Virus record (IMG/VR): IMGVR_UViG_3300032086_001957
Source of the DNA: an uncultured virus (IMG/VR IMGVR_UViG_3300032086_001957)
Lineage: Duplodnaviria; Heunggongvirae; Uroviricota; Caudoviricetes
Reading direction: 5' to 3' (one strand)
DNA length: 20,000 bases
Shown piece by piece: positions 7,860 through 16,107 of the stretch (position 1 is the stretch's first letter; each line of letters begins with the position of its first letter). Below the pieces are notes generated by a model, which was not told the origin of the DNA, made no database searches, and saw only the letters and a program-made list of their open reading frames with translations. The position numbers and the translations under genes are program-made.

Positions 7860-8200
7860 TAAACTGTCTCCTTTCCATAAGACCACTTATATAACTCATC
7901 AAATCCAACTCTTGCAACTATGTAAGTTCTACCAGTTTTCTTATTCACTAGTATGTCACCAACACTCATTGAGTATGCACCTTTAGGGCCGTCACCCATG
8001 TTTGACTTCTCATATGCTTCATTGACACTCTTGCAATGCATCTCTCCAACAAACTTGTAGTTGTCTTTTCTGTATCTACCTGCGAAAGCTTCTTCAGCTT
8101 GTCTTAAATTGTAGAACTTGGAATCTTTACCATAGAACATTGCATCTCTACGAATTTTAGAACCGTCAAATGTTTGGTATAGTTGGTAGGTTTTTAACAT
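7859..8200 (-). CDS. YodL-like domain protein
   Basis: YQLYQ...NYKFVGE...YEKSN...YSMSVGDILV...YIVARVGFDEL resembles the YodL-like pattern (SLSVSDIV...YYVDSFGF). Confidence 0.65.
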   Translation of the reverse strand: MLKTYQLYQTFDGSKIRRDAMFYGKDSKFYNLRQAEEAFAGRYRKDNYKFVGEMHCKSVNEAYEKSNMGDGPKGAYSMSVGDILVNKKTGRTYIVARVGFDELYKWSYGKETV

Positions 8201-8231
8201 TTTTTTCTCTCTTTTTGTTTAACTTGAGACC

Positions 8232-8326
8232 AGTATACCAGCATCACAGAGAATTGCAAGGGCTTTCCCAAAGAAAAATCTCTTTAGAATCAGGGAGTTA
8301 GGGAATTTGGGGGTAAGTTATTGATT
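8232..8326 (-). promoter_or_regulatory. Sigma70-type early promoter with IHF-like boxes (copy 3)
   Basis: TTGCAA (8254-8259)-16 nt-TATACT (8232-8237, preceded by TGG); AATCAGGGAGTTA at 8288-8300 and an inverted perfect match TAAGTTATTGATT at 8314-8326. Confidence 0.7.
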
Positions 8327-8511
8327 TTATTGGGATATTTCTTCAGAGTGTCAGTTATTTGACGGCGGCGACCCATATATGGTAGATTTGGTTGCACTAG
8401 ACAAAACACCTTACCATATTTTATTTCGTATTTTTAATGATTTAACGCATAATCTACTGTTTCCAATATACCACGATATATTATACTGTTTCTATCGCAT
8501 TACACGATATA

Positions 8512-9042
8512 TTATTTCGCAACTATGGGTTTATGAGTGTCAAAGTTAAAAGAGATAATCGTTCTTCTACTATTAGACTGCACTTTAGGACACCTGTGTT
8601 GCACTTGACTAGGTAATACGACTATTGCACCCTCTGATACTTCGATATCTGTTACCTTATTATTCACTAGTATTTGTGTATAGGTATTATCTGTGAGTTC
8701 TAGGTAGTAAATACCTGAATAATTAGACATGGGATGATGATGAAACGCATGAAAATCATTGGTAGTATACTGTTGAAACCATACTGATGGAAAGTTAGCT
8801 GTTTGAAATTGTAGAGTATCTAGTATGGTTTGTAGTGTGGTTTGAGTATATGCAACGAATGTTTTTACCCATTCTCTTTGTGTTTCTTTAATGTGATAGT
8901 CTGTTTTGGTAATAGATTCCTCTTGATTATTGCGTTTTTCGTATGGTGCATCTTCTATTTGTTTTAATAACAAGTCTTTGAATTGTGTATGATTTGGTGT
9001 AGAATGTATGAGTATTTGTTGTTCTATGGTAATGGTTCTCAT
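8512..9042 (-). CDS. Putative 2OG-Fe(II) oxygenase (TIGR02466-like phage family)
   Basis: WFQQYTTNDFHAFHHH, YSGIYYL, LPSQVQHRCP, RTIISFN; ATGA-coupled to gp43. Confidence 0.8.
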   Translation of the reverse strand: MRTITIEQQILIHSTPNHTQFKDLLLKQIEDAPYEKRNNQEESITKTDYHIKETQREWVKTFVAYTQTTLQTILDTLQFQTANFPSVWFQQYTTNDFHAFHHHPMSNYSGIYYLELTDNTYTQILVNNKVTDIEVSEGAIVVLPSQVQHRCPKVQSNSRRTIISFNFDTHKPIVAK

Positions 9043-11567
9043 ACGAAGAACGCATCTAGTGTTGATTGAGTACCATAAGACCTATCTATATTCCACTTGA
9101 CTTGATTGATAATGAACATTAAGGGTTCGATAAATGACTTTTCAAACATAGAATCATGGTCGATATACTCATTCAGTTCTAGTTCTTTGGGTAATTTAGT
9201 GATAAATGATAGTACATTAGACCCTAGTCTGTTTGGTTGTTTGAGTTGTATGTACTTGATTTTCTCACCCTCGTTGATGAGTGGGTATTTGTGAGTGAGC
9301 TTTCTATCCTTGAGTAAGTAATTATACAGTATGACACCCTTGATGTGCATAGGACTACCCTTTCGATAGATGGAAGATGGGTCTGACCATTTCCTAATAC
9401 CGTTGACAGAACGAGGAAACGCAATTTCTTCTATTGGAAGTGTGAAGAATTCCTTACGAAACTCCTGTATAAAGGTATTCAGTTCACTCTCATCTGATTG
9501 CATAATGATCTTAAGTGCCTGTTTAATCTTCTCTCTACATGGTGCAGGTGTAGAGGATTTGACGGCTTCGATACCCATGATTTTTAATTGTGGTTCTTCG
9601 TATCTTACTCCCTCTACATCATACGCATTGAGGATATATCGTTTCTTCGCTGTCCAAATACCTTTATCTGCAATCACCTCTCGTTTCATTTCCATCTTTT
9701 GTTGGTATGCGTTTACATACCTGGCAAGATGTTGATAACACTTTTCAATATACGGTTCAATTTTATCTTTAGAAATAGTGTCCAAGAAATTGATGATGCG
9801 TGTTCTATCTTGTTTCTGTATTCCATGTCCCTTATCGAACAATTTGCATATAAGTTTGTCAAAAGTGATATATACCGAATCTGTATCTGACGCAATGACA
9901 TAATCCTCTCCTGTTGTTTTCAATATCTTATTTAGATATTCATTAAGTTTGTTCTCTATCCAACGAATAGATAACTGACCAGATGTGGTAATTCCCTCTG
10001 CGATCAGTAGGTCATAGTAACGAAACCACTCATTTCCTATCGCACCGTAAGCTGAGTTTAAGGAAATCTTTCGTGCCATCTGTATGTTGTTATACCGTGC
10101 AATGAGATTCAGGTATTGTTTATCCTTGGTTTTCTCATAGTCTTTCTTCGCACTTAACATCTTTTTCTTGTAGATGGTTCTATCATCATACATCTCTTGC
10201 ATCATTTGTGGTAGAAAACCCTGTTTCTGTGTCGTAAATAACGCACCATTAGGTGTAACCGTTAGTTCTCTTTCAGTAATTTGTGTGGTATCATAGTCTT
10301 GTTTTAAGAACAAGTCAACACACTTATCCTTGTTTATGTGCATACTTTCTGCAAGTAATGTTTCAGGTGATATGTTATACTGCATAATCAGGTGTGGGTA
10401 TAGGGAGTTCAAGTCAAATGACACGACCCAATTATGTAATCCTGTTTGTGGGTCTTTGACATATGCACCAACATACTTTTCAGATTTAGACTTATTACCC
10501 TTGAGTTGAGGTATCATAATCTTTTGTTTGTATAGGTGATTAAAGATAAGAATATCCCAATACTTAACTGATGTATATGCGTCTGTGAGGTTTACTTTTG
10601 CTTCATAAGCCATGGTGAGCAGTAGATCGACAAGTTTTAGTTTCTCGTCAAGTCTATCTACTAGTTCCACATCTTTGATGTTGTAGTCTAGGAATGATTG
10701 ATAGTCTTTTGTGTACCAATCCTTGAATGTATCATACGGATTCTCATCCTTTCTTTCCCCAAGTTCTACGAACGCAATATGATTAAGTGCATAACTCTCT
10801 TGATTGGTGTAGGTGAATTTGCGATAGAGTTGCAGATAGTCTAGGTTCTCTACACCAAGAATGTCGTATAGAATATCTACACCGTATTTGGTTCTGACAT
10901 CTCTCGAATTGACAATACCCCAAGGTGATAGTTGTTTCATCATCTCTACACCATGCACATTCTTAATGCGATTACAGATGTAGGGAATATCAAACATTTC
11001 TGTATTCCAACCAGTAATGATGTCAGGATGGTCACTAATCCACCAATTTACGAATCGTTTGAGTAGTTCAGGTTCATCTTTACAATTGATGTAGGTCACA
11101 TCATCACGATTGTTGATATACTCACCAATACCCCATACGATAATTTCTTTCGTATTCTGGTCTTTGATAGTAATTGATAACATTGGTTCGATAGCTTCAC
11201 GCACATTAGGAAAACCATTCTCGCATTGCGTTTCAATATCAATCGTAATAAACTTCAGATACTTTTTATCAAAACTAATCTGATGAGGATAGGTTTCTGT
11301 AATGTAACAGTAGGGATATTTTGTCAGACCAAAGAGTAGATGTGGTTGACTTTCGTAACTATCGACAAATTCTTTCGCTTCTTTGATAGTGGAGAATTTC
11401 ATAGGTGCAAGATTCTTACCATCAAGTGATTTGAATGGTGTTTCTTTCTTAACAGGCACATACATAGTTGGTTTATATCTAACTTTAAAGTTAGAACGCA
11501 AACCATTCCTAACAGCTCGGACTAGTAGTTGATTACCCCATTGGGCGACATGAGAATAAAAGTTCAT
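9039..11567 (-). CDS. gp43: T4-like family B DNA polymerase
   Basis: ExoI DIET, ExoII TGWNTEMFDIPYI, ExoIII YNIKDV; PolA SFDLNSLYPHLI, PolB KISLNSAYGAIGN, PolC SDTDS; C-terminal clamp-binding TLDAFF. Confidence 0.98.
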   Translation of the reverse strand: MNFYSHVAQWGNQLLVRAVRNGLRSNFKVRYKPTMYVPVKKETPFKSLDGKNLAPMKFSTIKEAKEFVDSYESQPHLLFGLTKYPYCYITETYPHQISFDKKYLKFITIDIETQCENGFPNVREAIEPMLSITIKDQNTKEIIVWGIGEYINNRDDVTYINCKDEPELLKRFVNWWISDHPDIITGWNTEMFDIPYICNRIKNVHGVEMMKQLSPWGIVNSRDVRTKYGVDILYDILGVENLDYLQLYRKFTYTNQESYALNHIAFVELGERKDENPYDTFKDWYTKDYQSFLDYNIKDVELVDRLDEKLKLVDLLLTMAYEAKVNLTDAYTSVKYWDILIFNHLYKQKIMIPQLKGNKSKSEKYVGAYVKDPQTGLHNWVVSFDLNSLYPHLIMQYNISPETLLAESMHINKDKCVDLFLKQDYDTTQITERELTVTPNGALFTTQKQGFLPQMMQEMYDDRTIYKKKMLSAKKDYEKTKDKQYLNLIARYNNIQMARKISLNSAYGAIGNEWFRYYDLLIAEGITTSGQLSIRWIENKLNEYLNKILKTTGEDYVIASDTDSVYITFDKLICKLFDKGHGIQKQDRTRIINFLDTISKDKIEPYIEKCYQHLARYVNAYQQKMEMKREVIADKGIWTAKKRYILNAYDVEGVRYEEPQLKIMGIEAVKSSTPAPCREKIKQALKIIMQSDESELNTFIQEFRKEFFTLPIEEIAFPRSVNGIRKWSDPSSIYRKGSPMHIKGVILYNYLLKDRKLTHKYPLINEGEKIKYIQLKQPNRLGSNVLSFITKLPKELELNEYIDHDSMFEKSFIEPLMFIINQVKWNIDRSYGTQSTLDAFFV

Positions 11568-11575
11568 AGTAAAGG

Positions 11576-11605
11576 ATTATAACATTAAAGGGTTGATTTT
11601 GTCAA
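11576..11605 (-). promoter_or_regulatory. Sigma70 promoter for gp43 (probably a leaderless transcript)
   Basis: TTGACA (11600-11605)-18 nt-TATAAT (11576-11581, extended TGn); only 8 nt (CCTTTACT) to the ATG and no SD. Confidence 0.8.
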
Positions 11606-11606
11606 G

Positions 11607-11849
11607 TCAGTTTGTAGAATACTCGATATATGCGTCTTTAGTCATACAACCATACTCTACAATAGCAACTAGTTTATCACACAATCTCTCATTGAGTGAT
11701 GTTTGTATGTACTCTCGCATTTGTGGTGTATTTAAGTAATAACTACATTCAGAATAGGTTGGATAAGCTTCCTTATGTTGTACATACCTATAGACCTGTT
11801 CGTCATTGAACGATAGTAATACCATGATTGTAATAAAATAATTGTGCAT
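11607..11849 (-). CDS. Hypothetical protein, possibly exported, with 3 Cys
   Basis: ORF track; hydrophobic N-terminus. Confidence 0.6.
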   Translation of the reverse strand: MHNYFITIMVLLSFNDEQVYRYVQHKEAYPTYSECSYYLNTPQMREYIQTSLNERLCDKLVAIVEYGCMTKDAYIEYSTN

Positions 11850-11930
11850 AGTCTATATTTAGACTGCAAATTATTCAGGTATTAATATAAATTGTTATGA
11901 AAACAAGTAGGGTAATTGTCAGTATGAGTT

Positions 11931-12170
11931 TCATTTATTATCTTGTATGATAACAGCTCGATCATCATCAGTAGTATTAATATCATGAGTATCCCATACT
12001 TCGCAAATGGTCTTTTGATACTGTGGATTAGTCCAATGATTACGATAGGTTTCCTCGTCTTTGAATCGTTTGAGGTCTATTTTAAGATGTTTGTTTTCTT
12101 GACGGAGCTCATTGAGTTCGTCTTTGAGTTTAGTTATTTTGTTGAATAGGTTTTGTAGTTGTTCAGTCAT
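11931..12170 (-). CDS. Coiled-coil hypothetical protein
   Basis: ORF track; N-terminal heptads. Confidence 0.7.
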   Translation of the reverse strand: MTEQLQNLFNKITKLKDELNELRQENKHLKIDLKRFKDEETYRNHWTNPQYQKTICEVWDTHDINTTDDDRAVIIQDNK

Positions 12171-12171
12171 A

Positions 12172-12819
12172 TTAGTGCTCTATATTAATGGTTAATGATA
12201 ATTTATCTGTTGAATTTTCCAATACTGCGTGTTGAGTATTTCTAGGAACATAAATTGCTTCTTGAGGTTCTAAAATGAATCTTTTTCCATTTAATAACCA
12301 TAATGATTCACCATAGATTTGTTTTACCACAACTGGATATGGATGTTCATGTGGTGCAAATGATGGAGTAGTTTGATCTACTCTTGATTTTCTTGCAAAA
12401 TAAAAATTTGCGTGTGGATTAAAACCAAGTATTTCTCTACCCTTTTCTTCTATATCTCTCAAATCTGAATTTAAATCTAATACATCTGAAATAGTAGATA
12501 GATATCCTCTTTCATGAAACCAGAACCATTTATCAAAATCTAAATACAAACCAGTATTGATATGAGTAGAATAGAAACTAAATGTCTTAACTCCAATGTT
12601 TGTCAATACACATACTGATTCTGAAAAAGTTGGCATCAATCCTCTGAATCTGTGATCTGTGGAATCTTGAGGCCATCTTTTTCTGATCTTCAACCAATCA
12701 AACATCATTTCTTCAGTAATATCTATTGTAGTTTCTTTTACATAATCTACAAATTTCTTGATGTAAATATGTTCGTTAAGTGGTATTTTTGTAGGATCGT
12801 ACATAGTTGAATTACTCAT
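12172..12819 (-). CDS. JmjC/cupin-like oxygenase
   Basis: HANFYF, SFAPHEHPYPVVVKQIYGESLW and LEPQEAIYVPRNTQHAV match the cupin-4/ROX-like layout. Confidence 0.8.
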   Translation of the reverse strand: MSNSTMYDPTKIPLNEHIYIKKFVDYVKETTIDITEEMMFDWLKIRKRWPQDSTDHRFRGLMPTFSESVCVLTNIGVKTFSFYSTHINTGLYLDFDKWFWFHERGYLSTISDVLDLNSDLRDIEEKGREILGFNPHANFYFARKSRVDQTTPSFAPHEHPYPVVVKQIYGESLWLLNGKRFILEPQEAIYVPRNTQHAVLENSTDKLSLTINIEH

Positions 12820-13055
12820 AATTTAAATATCCTCGAAAACGCTAACGCACCCATGAAACCATGTTTCTTATGAATGTGTTGGCTTATATAATAGTTTTTA
12901 AAAGTGGGATTCTCTTTAAAGAGTTTACTTATATCGTCTATAGAATACTCTTTTGTAAACACTTTACATTTCTTTAGACTTTTGCGTGATATGAATACTA
13001 GTTTGGTGTCTAATTCTTTCGCAAATGATTCATAATCTTTCTTTTCAATTTTCAC
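12816..13055 (-). CDS. Basic hypothetical protein
   Basis: ORF track; GTG start overlapping the upstream stop. Confidence 0.6.
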   Translation of the reverse strand: MKIEKKDYESFAKELDTKLVFISRKSLKKCKVFTKEYSIDDISKLFKENPTFKNYYISQHIHKKHGFMGALAFSRIFKL

Positions 13056-13231
13056 TTCATCTTACCTTTGGATTGTTCATATTCATAATATAGTTGTTTT
13101 AAGAACAAGTCTAGTTTTGTTGGTTTTTCTTCCATAAAATCTGATATGCAGAATCGACAAACAAACTTATTGTCTATCAACATTACATCTGAACGATAAT
13201 GTTCTATTTTACACTTCTGACAGAGAATCAC
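13052..13231 (-). CDS. Small CxxC-CxxC zinc-finger protein (59 aa)
   Basis: Not in ORF track: GTG start, MILCQKCKIEHYRSDVMLIDNKFVCRFCISDFMEEKPTKLDLFLKQLYYEYEQSKGKMK*; GTGA coupling to the next gene. Confidence 0.7.
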   Translation of the reverse strand: MILCQKCKIEHYRSDVMLIDNKFVCRFCISDFMEEKPTKLDLFLKQLYYEYEQSKGKMK

Positions 13232-13436
13232 TTTTAGAACACTCCAGATCTTTTTTAGTCTTATCTATACCTAATTGTAGAAACTTCAACATCATTATTC
13301 GCATTTGCGTATCAAAGAAATCTTCTTTTTTAGACTTAGCTTCAAACAGATGCGTTGATGCAAACACTAATATAAGTGTTGTAATAACACCTAGTAAAAA
13401 GTATTTTAGTTTTGAATTGTGATTATGTGTAAACAT
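13209..13436 (-). CDS. Single-TM hypothetical protein
   Basis: ORF track; YFLLGVITTLILVFAST hydrophobic segment. Confidence 0.65.
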   Translation of the reverse strand: MFTHNHNSKLKYFLLGVITTLILVFASTHLFEAKSKKEDFFDTQMRIMMLKFLQLGIDKTKKDLECSKSDSLSEV

Positions 13437-13535
13437 TCGTAACTTTCTGATTCTACTGTTAAATCGAATTGTAATTCTGCATTATCTACTTCTACATAGA
13501 TTGGAGTTATGTTATCTGCATAAACATACCCAGAA

Positions 13536-13775
13536 TCATTCATCTTCGTCATCATACTCATCCTCATAATATCCATTTCCTTCTATAAATGAAAAAACTC
13601 TCGAATAGGCTTCACACTCATCATATGCAAATACAAGAAATCTCGCTTTCCCATCTTGCACTTTAACCATGAATGGAGCTTTAGCTAAATCAACTAACGG
13701 TAAATCTGTGACATCTATTTCGTAATATCTAGAATTGAATATTCTTTCTAGGATTCTGGGTACATCTACTTTCAT
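13536..13775 (-). CDS. Hypothetical protein with acidic tail
   Basis: ORF track. Confidence 0.7.
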   Translation of the reverse strand: MKVDVPRILERIFNSRYYEIDVTDLPLVDLAKAPFMVKVQDGKARFLVFAYDECEAYSRVFSFIEGNGYYEDEYDDEDE

Positions 13776-13790
13776 AATATTAGTTTGTTC

Positions 13791-13949
13791 TCATAACAAC
13801 TCATGAGGGTGCATATGTCCTCTGAATTGTTGTTTGTTATTAGTTGATTCTGGTTCAGGCTCTTCTTCACTATTGTCTGATTCTTTCTCAAGTTTAGGTT
13901 CATTATACACATTTTCATTATTTTTGTCAAGTATGTCTTGTCTATGCAT
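13791..13949 (-). CDS. Small acidic hypothetical protein (52 aa)
   Basis: SD GAGGAG then ATG 13949: MHRQDILDKNNENVYNEPKLEKESDNSEEEPEPESTNNKQQFRGHMHPHELL*; preferred over the overlapping ORF-track frame 13772..14020. Confidence 0.5.
   Translation of the reverse strand: MHRQDILDKNNENVYNEPKLEKESDNSEEEPEPESTNNKQQFRGHMHPHELL
13902..13930 (-). promoter_or_regulatory. Perfect sigma70 promoter (intragenic)
   Basis: TTGACA (13925-13930)-17 nt-TATAAT (13902-13907). Confidence 0.8.
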
Positions 13950-13988
13950 TTTTGTTTTTCTCCTCTCTTTATAGACATCATCATTGTA

Positions 13989-14339
13989 CTATCCAGCTGT
14001 AAATGACGAACCACATCCACAAGTTGCAGATGCGTTTGGGTTTTTAAATGTAAACGATTCGCCCATCAGAGTTGTAGTGTAATCAATTGTTGCACCTTCA
14101 ATGTAAGGATAACTCATTGCATCAATTACAAGAAACGCATCATTCATATTGTTTAATGGTATTTTATAATCATCATCTTCTTCAGGTGAAAATTCAAATC
14201 CATAGTTAAGTCCTGCACAACCACCACCCTTTACAAATAGTCTAACTTGATTATTATAGTCAACTGTTTTACCATCATCAAATAACATAAATTGCAATTT
14301 TTGTTTAGCTGTATCTGTTAATGTTATACTGTCTGTCAT
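13989..14339 (-). CDS. erpA: A-type iron-sulfur cluster carrier (ErpA/IscA/HesB family); start revised to MTDSITLT
   Basis: ITLTDTAKQK, RLFVKGGGCAGLNYGF, IDAMSYPYIEGATIDY, NPNASATCGCGSSF with all three Cys. Confidence 0.92.
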   Translation of the reverse strand: MTDSITLTDTAKQKLQFMLFDDGKTVDYNNQVRLFVKGGGCAGLNYGFEFSPEEDDDYKIPLNNMNDAFLVIDAMSYPYIEGATIDYTTTLMGESFTFKNPNASATCGCGSSFTAG

Positions 14340-14668
14340 AGTGGATTTTCCTTTAAACATTCATTTAAAATTGTTGTACGAACATGGTCTGGATTGTAGT
14401 AGTTTTCTATTGATATTAGATACTTCACACGATTCATAACTTCTGTAATCACCTTTGCTTCATATTCAGTAGGTTCTCTACTTGCAGATATTTTTGGTTC
14501 TTTATTTTGGTATATAATAATTTGTGCAAGTAACAAACCTAGTTGAGATGCGTGTACACATACTTCCCATCTTGGCATTTCGTCTAGTGTAAGTCCTTGT
14601 GAGAAACTCACATTACTATATATAAAAATTGAAAAACTAACGAGTAGATTTTTTAAGCAATTCTTCAT
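14336..14668 (-). CDS. Hypothetical exported protein (start revised to MKNCLKN)
   Basis: SD AGGAG; signal-like N-terminus; two Cys in the mature part. Confidence 0.7.
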   Translation of the reverse strand: MKNCLKNLLVSFSIFIYSNVSFSQGLTLDEMPRWEVCVHASQLGLLLAQIIIYQNKEPKISASREPTEYEAKVITEVMNRVKYLISIENYYNPDHVRTTILNECLKENPL

Positions 14669-14837
14669 ATTCTTCTCCTGATATACAATTGATGTGGTAT
14701 GTTTTATTACCACGAGGATAATGGTCGTTGTAAAAGTTTGCGATAGATGAATTTTGTGTGATTAATAATACATCATCATAATCATTTGTTACAACATAGT
14801 ATGAAGAACCGTCTGGGTTTTTGCTACGAGAAATCAT
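14637..14837 (-). CDS. Hypothetical protein
   Basis: ORF track; overlaps both neighbours. Confidence 0.65.
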   Translation of the reverse strand: MISRSKNPDGSSYYVVTNDYDDVLLITQNSSIANFYNDHYPRGNKTYHINCISGEEYEELLKKSTR

Positions 14838-15069
14838 TTCTGTCCATCATAGGACTGTCTTTTGCACGAGCCCTCTCTAAATCAGCTGATAAAATTAACA
14901 TTATCATAATCAGAAAAGAAATGCAAACACCACACAATAATGCATACATGAAAGGCCAGAAACCTATGAACGAAATTAACATTGAAACAATTCCTATACA
15001 TACTGCGATTAATAGTCCTATTGTGATTTGTATTACCGTATCATTCTTTAATAACATTGATTTTATCAT
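14824..15069 (-). CDS. Two-TM membrane protein (start revised to MIKSML)
   Basis: SD AAGGAG; two hydrophobic segments. Confidence 0.7.
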   Translation of the reverse strand: MIKSMLLKNDTVIQITIGLLIAVCIGIVSMLISFIGFWPFMYALLCGVCISFLIMIMLILSADLERARAKDSPMMDRNDFS

Positions 15070-15094
15070 CTTATTATCTCTCCTTGTTATAATA

Positions 15095-15108
15095 TATTTA
15101 TATAAATA
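15095..15108. promoter_or_regulatory. Palindromic back-to-back T4 late promoters
   Basis: TATTTATATAAATA is a perfect 14-bp palindrome giving TATAAATA on both strands between divergent genes. Confidence 0.7.
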
Positions 15109-15195
15109 GTTGTAGAGTTGATTCACTTGAACCCCACATTTTACTATTCTTATATCATTTTTTGTTATCGTAACAATATAACAGAGGATAATCTA

Positions 15196-15735
15196 TTGAT
15201 AGATCCAATTACTGCTATTACTGCGGCTACAGCTGCATTTAATGGTATCAAAAAATTAGTTGATGCAGGTAGAGATATCGAAGATGTCACAGGACAAATC
15301 GGTAAATGGTTTAGTGCAGTCTCCGATTTCAATCATGCAAGACAGGAACGAGAAAATCCATCTACTATGAAAAAGTTCATGGCTGCAAAGTCTGTTGAAC
15401 AAGAAGCGTTAGACATTATCATTCATAAAAAGAAAATACAACAGATGGAAGCTGATCTTGCAACTATGATTAAGTGGCGTTATGGTGGAACAGTTTACGA
15501 AGAAATGATTGCACTACGAAGAAAATTAAAACGACAAAGAGAAGAACAAGTTTATAAAAAATTAAGACGAAAAAAACAAATCAGAGATGGTGTACTTGTA
15601 TCTTTATTCGTTGGTGGTGTTATGTGGATAATTTTTGAGCTAGTTGCTTTATCACTTCAATGGGATGCAGAAAAGAAGGCAAGGCAGGGCGGTCTGTCAA
15701 CCATAGGTACAACTCTAGAAGATTCAAAACAATAA
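15196..15735 (+). CDS. Phage coiled-coil protein with C-terminal TM (start revised to TTG, MIDPITAITAATAAF)
   Basis: SD GAGGA at 15184-15188; the MxDPxTAxxAATAAFxxIK N-terminus is recurrent in marine phages (from memory); late promoter upstream. Confidence 0.8.
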   Translation: MIDPITAITAATAAFNGIKKLVDAGRDIEDVTGQIGKWFSAVSDFNHARQERENPSTMKKFMAAKSVEQEALDIIIHKKKIQQMEADLATMIKWRYGGTVYEEMIALRRKLKRQREEQVYKKLRRKKQIRDGVLVSLFVGGVMWIIFELVALSLQWDAEKKARQGGLSTIGTTLEDSKQ

Positions 15736-15817
15736 CTATTGTAATCGGTAAAGTACATAAAACCACAAAAGAATATAACCAAATATTAAAAGCAATATGG
15801 TGAACATTTCTTCTCAT
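15620..15817 (-). CDS. Membrane protein overlapping the convergent plus-strand gene
   Basis: ATGA-coupled to the upstream ORF; hydrophobic segment; 116-nt antisense overlap lowers confidence. Confidence 0.5.
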   Translation of the reverse strand: MRRNVHHIAFNIWLYSFVVLCTLPITIVIVLNLLELYLWLTDRPALPSFLHPIEVIKQLAQKLST

Positions 15818-16104
15818 GTAGTCACATCAACATTAATACCTTTTGCAACATTATCTTTGATATCTGTTGATGTTTGTAACACTTCCTTGAAATAAACTTT
15901 TGATTTTTCTACTGCTTCTTTTCTATCTTCATCTACTTTCGATAAAACATTTTTAGATGATTTCATGTTTGTTAAGATATCTGCATTGATACCTTGAGTA
16001 ACATTTGAAACGGGCATCTCTCTAACTCCTTGTACTGCATCTCTATAATATGTTTTGTTATGATAACGATTGTGATAATAATTTTTTCTATCGTTTATAT
16101 ACAT
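15814..16104 (-). CDS. Hypothetical protein
   Basis: ORF track; ends KGINVDVTT. Confidence 0.65.
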   Translation of the reverse strand: MYINDRKNYYHNRYHNKTYYRDAVQGVREMPVSNVTQGINADILTNMKSSKNVLSKVDEDRKEAVEKSKVYFKEVLQTSTDIKDNVAKGINVDVTT

Positions 16105-16107
16105 TTT

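Noticed and set aside
9039..11567. Intein, intron or split in gp43
   Set aside because: Continuous 842-aa ORF with normally spaced motifs.
13791..13991. Possible TAG read-through or recoding: the frame after the erpA TAG stays open into the 52-aa ORF
   Set aside because: ErpA ends at its normal CGCGSSF terminus, the downstream ORF has its own SD and ATG, and TAG ends other genes (gp5, purN) at plausible positions.
13772..14020. 82-aa ORF in the track
   Set aside because: It overlaps erpA and lacks an SD; the alternative frame 13791..13949 has GAGGAG and is preferred, though not proven.
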